From assembly GCA_964016885.1 (NCBI GenBank), contig OZ024743.1, forward strand, positions 159,526,001 through 159,590,000: a stretch of 64,000 nt of DNA. Reading direction: 5' to 3'. The notes beneath the pieces are model-generated. The model saw only the letters and a list, made by a program, of their open reading frames with translations. It ran no database searches and had not been told where the DNA came from. Each line of letters starts with the position of its first letter. Position 1 is the stretch's first letter. The position numbers were made by a program, and so were the translations under genes. This document shows positions 42,521-53,245 of the stretch, piece by piece. The DNA is from Eledone cirrhosa. Lineage: Eukaryota.

Positions 42521-43447
42521 AGATAGCGACAAGAAATACATACTTGCTATTTGTTTGAGAAATATATTTCCGTCACGTTCACTTTCCTTCTGGGAGATTC
42601 AGTTTTTAATATTGCAATGGCAGTGGATTGGGAAAAAATAATAGAGCGTAAAAAAAAAAAAAAAAAAAAAAAAATTAATTGCGTTATGTTCTCTGGCTTT
42701 TTACATTCCGAGATCAAATCCAGAGCACGTCATTCACTGGTGTTGATTTGATTAGCTTTACCCTTCACCCAAATTTGCTGGCCTGATGTCTGTATTAGAG
42801 ATCAATATTTCAAATTTCTGAATACTGGCATTGCAGAAATACAGGGGAGGTCAAACTGCCTTTCAGTGTTTTTTTATGTTTTTTATGTTTTTTATGTTTA
42901 AAAATTAAAATTAAAAGGCACAATATACATATGTATATATGTACGTACACGTACGCACATATGCATATACATCAATACACATATCCATCATTAACAGCAC
43001 AAATTAAACCTTATTAAGAGTTTAAATATTAATAAGCATAATGGGAATAAAAATAATAATAATACGTATATCTAATATACATGAAGTAATGAAATGATTA
43101 AAAGTAACACATATAATATATAATAAACTATATAATTACATAATATATAATATAATATAATAGATAATCTCCGGTTAATTTACACAAACAATATAGATGT
43201 CACAATAATACTATAATAATTATATAATAATATATAATATATAATAGCATGTAAGTTAACAAATCAATTCATATAGAGTTACAGAGTAGGCGAGAAAAAA
43301 ATATAAATTGTACAATACCCAAAATTATGATGGTACAAAAATATAAACATCTTACATGATATATAAAATTTAACATATCATAATGGTTCATAAAATCATC
43401 GGTAAGTAATAAGGATCAATAGTACAATAACAACTTCAATATAAAAT

Positions 43448-43636
43448 AATTGTTTCTACTTTAGGCACAAGGCCAGCAATTACCCAGTGCATTACTGGTA
43501 CTTTATTTTATCGACCCCGTAAGGATGAAAGGCAAAGTCAACCTCGGCGGGATTTGAACTCAGATCGTAAAGGGACGTAACTATGCTGGAAAGCATGGCG
43601 TCCGACTCTCTACCGATACTGCCAATCCATCGCCCT
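43448..43636 (-). mobile_element. SINE subfamily A, full length, inserted in the PLE inverted arm
   Basis: TSD ATATAAAATAAT on both sides; the empty site is preserved in the other arm (~45860-45890). Confidence 0.92.
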
Positions 43637-43800
43637 TTATATAAAATAATGAACATAATATAATATATAATATATAATTACTTATAAATACAAGGTTGGT
43701 AAACAGACATATATGTGGATGAGTGAATAAGGGCCAGACAGAAAATACTATGCACAGTAGTATTAATAAATAAATAAATAAAATCAACCGGAAATTAAAA

Positions 43801-44979
43801 ATGGTGGCCATGAATGGGAGTAGGAAGCATAATAATCGTAGAAATTACATAGGTGTATCTGAACCCATCCATAAGTTAACCCACCGGACTCGTAATAGGA
43901 AATATAATACCTCTAGGAAACAAGTCGAACCCTCTGAGCGCTCACTCATTGGTGATGATTTTGCTAGATCTAATTCTAATAATGTTGTTTCTACTGATCC
44001 TATTATTGGCCCTAATCCTTTTGATGGGATTCCAGACGGCAGCAGATATACTAGAGGTAGAAACAGTAATAGACTTAATGGAATTTTGGCTGATTCTAAT
44101 AATGCGGTTTTAACTAATCCTTGTAATAACCCTAGTCTTAATCATGGGATATTAGATAATGGTAGAGTCGGAAAGGATAAAAATAGAAGGAGACTAAATA
44201 CTTATTTTAACCCGCCATATAATCAGGAAGTATTAACTAACATCCCTAGGTCTTTCCTTTCTAACTTAGAGAAAAATTTCCCCCCTTCTCATAAATACCA
44301 TAGTATTTTTTATAAAAATGTTATTAAACTTTCATTCTCTACCACCCCTAATATTAGTTCTCATTTAGCTAGCACTAACAATAGGAAAATTAGGGATGGA
44401 TACTCCTCTCTACATACTACTAATCTGAACAGATCTGTAAATGCCTTACCACCAGAGCAGACCTTATCTAATAGTAATCCTACGTGTAATGCATCACTAC
44501 TCCAGCCAATCAATAGCACCCGGAAGAGTAACTGTAGAGTGAGTGCTAACTGCCCTTTAAACGGTAACTGCCTCTCTAAGAACATCGTCTATGCTTGCGT
44601 AGTTATAACTAATTCCTCTAATAGAACTTATATAGGCTCTACATCTAACACTTTTAAGACTAGGTTTAATTCTCATATCTCTAATTTCAAACATGTTAAG
44701 TTTAAGAATTCTACTTCTTTAGCACACTATATCTGGGATCTTAAGGGGGCTAATATACCATATAGCCTTAATTGGCGTTTAGTAGCACGCTCTAATAACC
44801 ATTCTACACATACTAAATTTTGTAATCTCTGTATCCTCGAGACACACTCTATAATTTTCTCTAGTGAATCCTTACTTAATAGAAAGTCTGAGATATTCTC
44901 TTCTTGCCCCCACGCTATTTCTAATTCTTACTTTTATTATAAACCTAAAGGTTCTAGTAGTATAAATTGTATCCATTAG
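43801..44979 (+). CDS. PLE C-terminal linker plus GIY-YIG endonuclease (Nematis-like), RT absent
   Basis: Open 392 aa: YFNPPYN..FL..LEKNFP..HKY..IF..N.IKLSFS; CRVSANCPLNGNCL; NIVYACVV..YIGSTSNTFKTRFNSH; STSLAHYIWDLK; CNLCILE; LLNRKSEIFSSCPH. Confidence 0.85.
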   Translation: MVAMNGSRKHNNRRNYIGVSEPIHKLTHRTRNRKYNTSRKQVEPSERSLIGDDFARSNSNNVVSTDPIIGPNPFDGIPDGSRYTRGRNSNRLNGILADSNNAVLTNPCNNPSLNHGILDNGRVGKDKNRRRLNTYFNPPYNQEVLTNIPRSFLSNLEKNFPPSHKYHSIFYKNVIKLSFSTTPNISSHLASTNNRKIRDGYSSLHTTNLNRSVNALPPEQTLSNSNPTCNASLLQPINSTRKSNCRVSANCPLNGNCLSKNIVYACVVITNSSNRTYIGSTSNTFKTRFNSHISNFKHVKFKNSTSLAHYIWDLKGANIPYSLNWRLVARSNNHSTHTKFCNLCILETHSIIFSSESLLNRKSEIFSSCPHAISNSYFYYKPKGSSSINCIH

Positions 44980-46679
44980 CTGATATATTCCATTACTTAT
45001 TTTTTTAGTTTAGGTTCTATGTTTTTAGTTTAGGTTGTTTTTGTTTACCACCATTATTATCATCATTATTATCATTGGTTTTTGATAACTTTTTATTCTA
45101 GCTCTCATAATCTTTTGGCTACTATACCATAATCTATCTTCTTACACATTAAATTTTCACTATTAACACCTTATGAGTATATATCTGATTATATATTTTA
45201 TATTATTTTATTTTATTTCATTTTATTTTATTTTATTTGGATTCTTCTTTGGATAACCCCCCCCCTATCCCCTTCCCCTCCCCCCACATGCACACATAAA
45301 CTTATTGTCAACCCCTTCAAATATATTATGATTATATTTAACCCCCCCGCCTCTTTTACGCTCCTTTCTATTATATAATACAGTATATTGATTATGATTT
45401 TATGCTCCTTTGTATCCTTCATACATTTCTTTTTTTCTGTCCCTATTAGCCTACCATAATTCTGCTTAAGTTAGTTTTTTAGATATAGTTATGTAAATGA
45501 TAGTAGAATATTTCATTCCTTTATATATATATTTATAGTGAAATATTAATGTTTAGGAATTTTGATTACTTAAACCATAGCTAATATTGTATTGCCTTAT
45601 TAGGTATTTTAAATATTTTCAATATTAATTTATCAAATAGGGTTTTCGAGTCATTTATCTCGGTTGTTTCCTAAGTTTTTACTTAACTGCATGGGAGACC
45701 TAAGTAAATACTTTTGTTTTTGTTTTTTAATTTCCGGTTGATTTTATTTATTTATTTATTAATACTACTGTGCATAGTATTTTCTGTCTGGCCCTTATTC
45801 ACTCATCCACATATATGTCTGTTTACCAACCTTGTATTTATAAGTAATTATATATTATATTATGTACATTATTTTATATTGAAGTTGTTATTGTACTATT
45901 GATCCTTATTACTTACCGATGATTTTATGAACCATTATGATATGTTAAATTTTATATATCATGTAAGATGTTTATATTTTTGTACCATCATAATTTTGGG
46001 TATTGTACAATTTATATTTTTTCTCACCTACTCTGTAACTCTATATGAATTGATTTGTTAACTTACATGCTATTGTATATTATATATTATTATATTATTA
46101 TTATAGTATTATTGTGACATCTATATTGTTTGTGTAAATTAACCGGAGATTATCGATTATATTATATTATATATTATGTAATTATTTAGTTTATTATATA
46201 TGTGTTACTTTTAATCATTTCATTACTTCATGTATATTAGATATACGTATTATTATTATTTTTATTCCTATTATGCTTATTTATATTTAAACTCTTAATA
46301 AGGTTTAATTTGTGCTGTTAATGATGGATATGTGTATTGATGTATATGTATATGTGCGTACGTGTGCGTACATATATACATATGTATATTGTGCTTTTAA
46401 TTTTAATTTTTAATTTTAATTTTAATATTGTTACAAGTATATTATATTATATTATATTGTATTATATATAATTCCCGCTCTATATAACCACCCTTGTTTA
46501 GCTCTAGGTTTCTTTTGCTTTGGACTATATTTTTAATATGGTTCAAAATGTTATCCACCTCCTTAGTGATTTTTATTATATATTTTTACCCATAATCTTC
46601 CAATACTTTAGTGCATGTACACTCCATATTCTTCGGAGTTTTCGGCTTGTATTGGCCGATAGTACTTCTTGTGGTTTTG

Positions 46680-46724
46680 ATTGCCCTGATGAGTCCTTAA
46701 TAGGACGAAACATTGTTGGCTAAT
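46680..46724 (+). ncRNA. Minimal type-I hammerhead ribozyme in the PLE 3' end
   Basis: ATTGCC CTGATGA GTCC-TTAATA-GGAC GAAA CATTG TT GGCTAAT; canonical core, GUU triplet, overlapping AATAAA. Confidence 0.85.
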
Positions 46725-46867
46725 AAAGACTTTTGATGTATTGAAGGCTTCTTTGTTTTATTTTCATAATTCTTCGGCTCTGTTTAATTACATTGAGCTA
46801 TAACTTTTACTGTCATTTCTATAATACGAAGAGGGTGTTTAACTCCAACACGCTCCAGTATTTTAAT

Positions 46868-46974
<107 letters not shown>

Positions 46975-46975
46975 G

Positions 46976-47122
46976 AATAATAACCGAGGTGTCCGACACG
47001 AGTGAAAGTATAAAGAAGAAAAGAAGAAATCGAAATCCAACTGGAGTCTTATTTAAAAATATATATATATATTTTTTTAAATAAGACTCCAGTTGCATTT
47101 CTATTTCATCTTTTTTTCTTTA
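46976..47122. repeat. Fold-back fragment of the 14373/60392 pseudo-LTR tail
   Basis: GAAATCGAAATCCAACTGGAGTCTTATTTAAAAA-TATA-TTTTTTAAATAAGACTCCAGTTGCATTTCTATTTC. Confidence 0.75.
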
Positions 47123-47301
47123 TATATATATATATATATAGACTTAAGGCCTGCCCGCCCACCCATTGCGATGGCGTCATCGTATGGCTAAAACAGCAAC
47201 GTACTGTGACCGGCGGCGCCGTATGGCGCCCGACAAGCTGGTCGGTCAAGGTGATCAAGGTGATATATATATATATATATGTATGTATGTATATATGAAA
47301 T

Positions 47302-47788
47302 AAATTTTCGCTCTACATGGCTGAATACACTAAATGTAATCTGAGTTTTTCGAATAATAATAATATGTAGAGCGAAAATTTCTTCTCTATTTGAATGTGG
47401 CAAAGCCGACTATTTATCGTTCGTATAGAGGAAACTGACTGGCCAGTCTGCTGATATGGAAATCTGGCTCATCAGTGGATCTGCTAACATGCAGATCTGA
47501 CTATCACCCAGTCTGCTAATGTGCAAAAAACAGGCCAATCAGTCACTGTATATTTTAGAAAATAGCATATATTTTCACTAGCTCTGACAATTGGCAGGTG
47601 AACAGTAAGCTGTACTGATGAGGGGTGATACCCAGAAACATTAGTGTCTACAGTTCTGTTTACATGCCAACAGAAGGGCAAGAATTACGGGATCATTCTA
47701 CTGACATGGCTTTAAAAATGGGGCTTGTTTGCATAATGGCAAACGAATCGAATGTTATTAATATTCGAAAAACTCAGATTATATTTAT
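47302..47788 (+). mobile_element. ~490-bp non-coding unit with inverted termini and an internal HHR
   Basis: TAAATGTAATCTGAGTTTTTCGAATAATAATAATAT (47331-47366) is inverted at 47752-47787; extra hairpin 47302-47381; (TA)n on both sides. Confidence 0.7.
47608..47655 (+). ncRNA. Type-I hammerhead ribozyme
   Basis: AGCTGTA CTGATGA G GGGT-GAT-ACCC A GAAA CATTAGTG TC TACAGTT; 7-bp stem I, GUC triplet (cleavage after 47648), near-palindromic loop III, G10.1-A11.1 mismatch. Confidence 0.82.
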
Positions 47789-47825
47789 TATATATATATA
47801 TATATATATACGTATATATATATAT

Positions 47826-47930
<105 letters not shown>

Positions 47931-47931
47931 C

Positions 47932-47985
<54 letters not shown>

Positions 47986-48240
47986 GTGCGTGTGTGTGTA
48001 TCGCCCATAAAACCACTAACACCTACCAACTGAGCGAAAGCAATCACATAACACAGTTGACGATACACACTTAAACGCAATCGGACACACACCGAATTTA
48101 CATAAATCGACCCCCGACAAACATACATTCCCACGTCCACACACACTCGCAGCTACACAAACGCATACATACAAAACCATAACCTGACAGACTTCACTTT
48201 GTAAGACAGTGGGATACATACATTCACACATACATATATA

Positions 48241-48275
<35 letters not shown>

Positions 48276-48278
48276 ATA

Positions 48279-48322
<44 letters not shown>

Positions 48323-48620
48323 GGGGGGTGTGTGTGTCTGTGTGTGCGTGCGTGTGTGAATGTATATATATAATTATATGTGTATAGATATGTATGTGTT
48401 TATATACATATAGTGAAAATAGTTCCCCCGATGTATTTTGACTAAGTAAATTAGTAAATTAGCCTAATATATAAATAAATATATATATATAAACTATACA
48501 TACATATATCTATATTAAAACACATATAGAGACAATACTGTTACGTATCTACATCTGCATATAAACACCTAAGCTTACTCTTTCATACGTCTCTATATAC
48601 AAGCAATGCTAAGGCATGCA

Positions 48621-48654
<34 letters not shown>

Positions 48655-48655
<1 letters not shown>

Positions 48656-51554
48656 GATGGCTGCAAACTCTACCAAGAGTATCGCAATCGCTTGTCAGAT
48701 TCAGATGTGTGACGCTCGGATATGGCCTTTCAAGCCTGCTAGAGACTTGCGCTCCTGCACACACTGAAGACAACTATGGATCTCCCTGGCTTGAGGTTCT
48801 GCATCAGGTTGCCCGTGAATACTCACAACACCGTGGAGATCATAGTTCACTGGTTCTCTTTGAACATGGCTGCGACTCTGGCTCCTGAGACCAGATTTAC
48901 TCCAGCAAATGTTCCCACACTCAGGGCACTTCCATTCAATGGAGACACCGATCGTTTAGAGAGATACACCAGGGCATTGCTTACGTACATCTCGTTTGAT
49001 CTTCTTGTGCTCTACGCGTATGTCCTCAAAATGGACCCCACCATTCACCATCCGACGTCAAGTTTCACTTTCAAGAGCTTCTATCTCCCAGTCAGCCATC
49101 ATCAAACCAAACCAGTTTTTTTCAATGAGTCCTTTACACAATCCTTGAATCGGAGCCTTGGCTTGTGAGGTGGTCTCTTACCCTCACAAAGCTCGCCATA
49201 CAAGAGTTGTTTTGGGATTCAATCATCCTCAATTCTGCAGAGGTGTCCGATCCATCGCAAACACCGTTAGTGGATGATACTCTCAATGCTCCGACACTCA
49301 TTTCTATCAAGGACCTCAACATCACTCACATGCATCTGACACTTTAAACCGAGCGTCTTTCTGAGACACTGCTGGTGAAACTGTTCCAGTCTGTGGATAT
49401 GCCGTTTGTAGGCAGCACATGTCTCATATGCATACAGCAAAGGTGACAGTACACATGCAACATACACTCTCACCTTTGTCCTCATTGTGATTCCTCGTCT
49501 GCACCAAAGACGGTCGTTGAGCCTTCCAAATGATTCACTTGCCTTACTAGCACGTAGACCAACTTCTGCATCCAGAGAGCAGGCCACACTCAGAGTACTC
49601 GCCAAATACACAAATGTGTCAGCAGCCTACGGAGGGTTCAGTGAAAACTTTATCCGGAGCAGATTGGTACATGACGACAGTCTTCTTCAGACTGATTGTC
49701 AGTCCCAAAGCACTGCACACATTGGAAAACGAATCCATAAGGTGTCTCATGTCACTCTGGGAGTGTGCAAAGAGATCACAATCATCTGCATATAAAAATT
49801 CTCTGATCAAGGTACTCAGTACCTTAGTTTTGACGGTGAGACGCCTAAGGTTAAACAGCGTGCTGGAAGTGCGATATCTGAGATAGATACCGTGTTGACA
49901 ATCCTTGAATTCCATAAAGAAATACAAGCCAAACAAAGTCGGTGCAAGTATCTCACCCTGCTTGACACCATTTTCAATCGAGATTGGCTCAGACAGTTTA
50001 CCTCCAACATTCACCCATGTCTGCATGTCATCGTGGAAGAGTTTCAGAATGTTCACAAACTTTTCAGGACAGCCCAATCTCTCCAAGATAACCCACAAAG
50101 CCTTCCGACTAACGGTGTCAAATGCCTTGGTCAGATCGACAAATACTTGGTTTAAGTCCATGCGCTGCTCATTGTATTTCTCTTGAAGTTGTTTGGCCGA
50201 GAACATCATGCCAACAGTGCCTCTGCCATTCCTAAAGCCACATTGGATCTCAGGAAGTACCTCAACAGCAATGTGCTGTATCAATCTGTCGAACAATATC
50301 CTGCACAAGATCTTCCCAGCCACAGATAGCAGAGAAATACCTCTGTAGTTGCCACAGTCATCTTTGGCTCCTTTTCCTTTGTAAAGTACCACCATCAATG
50401 CATCTTTCGAATCCTGTGGCACATCTTCATTCCAAACATTTACAAAGAGATCAGAGGCGGTTTAAGAAGTTATCACTAGCACACTTGAACATCTCGGCAC
50501 TCAGTCCATTCATCCCAGATTACTTGCCGCTGTTTAATTTGGCAATGGCCTTCGCCACCTCATCAAATGAAGGAGGACCCTCCATTGCCAGATTTGTAGG
50601 TCTGGATGGAATCGACCGGATGAACTCATCATCAATTTCTGATGGTCTGTTGAAAAGCTCATCAAAGTGGGCATGCCACCTGATCAGGATTTCCTTCGGA
50701 TCTCTGAGCAATCCTTGCCGTCCCGGGAGCGAAGTGGTTATATTTGTGAACCGGTCGGACCATACACCTCCCTGAGCAGACTGTATAGGAGCTTTGTTTA
50801 TCTGAGGCCTTCTGGATTTCATCAGCCTTTTGGCTCCACCAGGAATCCTGCATGGCTCTCAATCGATGTTGCAGACGTGCCTTGATCTGCCTGAGGGTCC
50901 GGTCACTCCTGTCAGAACGTGTCTTACACAACAATGATGTCAGCACTTTTTGTTTCTCTTCAAGCAAGGTCTGGATCTCTGCATCATTTTCATCGAACCA
51001 GTCTTTATGCTTTCTATTGGTATGACCCAGAACTCCAGCATTAACATCATAGACGGTTTTCGTCAATGATTCCCAAGTGTTTTCACATTCCATGGACTCA
51101 GGGGACGTCGACAGCTCAGTTCTGACTTTCTCTATTTTGAGACGAGCCATGTTTAGTTGTTTTGGAAGTGCAATCTTCTCCCCCCTTACTTTGGGCTTAA
51201 CAACAAATTGAAATTTGGCGCGCACCAGACGAATGTCAGTCCAACATTCCGTGCCTCGCAATACACGAACCAATGTGATATCCCTGATATCACGTTTTCT
51301 CGTTAAAACAAAGTCAATAAGGTGCCACTTCTTGGAACCTGGATGCATCCAGGTTGTCTTATATTTGTCTTTCTGCTGAAAGGGCGTGTTCCCAACAACA
51401 AGATCCATCTCAGTGCACATCTGCAACAGAAGTAGGCTATTGTTATTGCAGTTCACCCTCCATGCTTGCCCATCACACTCCATGCTTCCCAGTCATTACC
51501 AACACGTGCATTAAAATCACCAAGGATGACAATCTTGTCTGCATAAGGTATTCC
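48655..51554 (-). mobile_element. RTE/BovB-like LINE, 5'-truncated, frameshifted APE+RT
   Basis: KTTWMHPGSKKWHLIDFVL (APE); NYRGISLLSVAGKIL, QCGFR, FVDLTKAFD, GVKQG, FLYADD (RT); 3' end abuts (TA)n. Confidence 0.93.
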
Positions 51555-51789
51555 ATATATATATACTCAACATGTGCAAGCATTCACACACGTGTTTGTA
51601 GGCATGTTGATGTTTACTGGTTCAGCTATATATGAGTTCATGCTTATGTCGCTAATGATATATGGACATCCTGTATACGTTATGGACTACAATATGGAAT
51701 ATTCGAATCAACAGGAAGAGCGAGTAATATCACCAGTGCGACTAATTAACTATCGTAAAATGAAGGGACGTGATAGATAATCGGTGTAT

Positions 51790-53193
51790 AAGGTAATGTT
51801 TGTATTATTACAGTTAATCTGGTTCACATGTATTATAAAAGAAGGAACATAATATTATATGTGGACAGGTAGGTATAATTTCGTTTCTTGGAGTTGGGGA
51901 GGTTAATTTTATGTTATTATTTTCAATGCTTTTCTCAAGCAAATATTACATTTGCTTTTAGCAACACTGTTTCACCTTCCCGAATTAATAATACTCCATT
52001 TGAAAGAGTATTGAATATTATCTTTTTTAGGCACCAAACGAATTTAGTTAAAGATGTGGAATGACCTGCTTCCGTGGAGGTGATTGTCTTAAAGGTAGCA
52101 TTGAAAACTAAGTTTTAGCTAATGATAAAACTTTTAACTCTATCAGTGCCCCTGCGAATACGTTTAAAACAAGATAATATGACTTAAGCATATTATCTTG
52201 TTTTAAACGTATTCGCAGGGGCACTGATAGAGTTAAAAGTTTTATCATTAGCTAAAACTTAGTTTTCAATGCTACCTTTAAGACAATCACCTCCACGGAA
52301 GCAGGTATCGTACATTAACAGTTATTTTGCTGATTCTAATTCTATGTGTACCCTGATTACTATCTATATTCAAATTACTAGTATTATTGTGTCTATCATT
52401 TAGTGTTCGGTGTTGGTTTAGCGTAGATATTATTTGTTTTCGCTTATATAAGTTCATTTTATTATAATTATTCATAGCTAAATATTCTGCCAAACAAGGT
52501 GTGTCGAGAAAGATAGCTTAACACGATTTTCCTTTATTCATGCTCATTTTGAAAATATTTTCTCAATGCTAAATAATATCTTAGGTATATGGGACGTTAT
52601 TTGCACACTATATAGAGGATTAAACCATATATATTTTCCCTTCTATTTCTTTTTCTATTCTTTAATTGAATAGTGGAATTATTGATTGGCGTGGTATTTT
52701 CAGGTGGGTTCATTTTCATAATATCATCATTAAACGTATTGTTCTTATGATGTGGTTAATTCTATTCAGATATTATAATTATTAGGTTTAGATATGCATT
52801 TATCCTATGTCTAGCTAATGTGGTATCAACAAGTATTCTACCATTATATCCTGATCTAGCTAAAGCTTCATTATGATATGTAGCGTTTGGGGCGAAATCT
52901 TCCTGAGCAGCTTGAAGTCTTCAGATTATACCTGATATGTTATTAACTATCGATTTGAAGATCAATAAAGGATGATTAGAAGTGTTATGTACACAATAAA
53001 GGAATTCTCTAGGTTTACGATATGGTGGGAACCTTTTATTGTTTACATCCTGTGTAATATCTAAGAGGTTAACTACCTTAATTTTATTTTCAACTATTAT
53101 GTCTAAGTTGTAAGGCATAACATTATTTACATAGGTTTCTGACCCTCTCCAAGTCAGAACTATTATGTTTTCGAAAGTCAATATGCTCATCGT

Positions 53194-53197
<4 letters not shown>
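51790..53197 (-). mobile_element. Degenerate PLE: RT C-terminus plus GIY-YIG (3' part of a split element)
   Basis: YIDD at ~53197; VVNLLDIT..PYRKP..VHNTSNHP; DCLKGS..ANTFKTR; HSTSLTKFVW; KCNICL..RNEIIPTCPH. Confidence 0.85.
52064..52306. repeat. Perfect inverted repeat with 118-bp arms
   Basis: 52064-52181 is the exact reverse complement of 52189-52306; spacer ACTTAAG. Confidence 0.97.

Positions 53198-53240
<43 letters not shown>

Positions 53241-53245
<5 letters not shown>

Larger units (their letters stand above)
42898..46792 (+). mobile_element. 5'-truncated Penelope-like element with an inverted 5' segment, GIY-YIG ORF, long AT-rich 3' UTR and HHR
   Basis: 42898-43800 is the reverse complement of 45724-46413 (apart from a SINE insertion); ORF 43801-44979; HHR 46680-46724 followed by AATAAA. 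Confidence 0.85.

Noticed and set aside
47430-47480. Minus-strand CTGATGA GCCAG..CTGGC
   Set aside because: No GAAA after the stem; incomplete core
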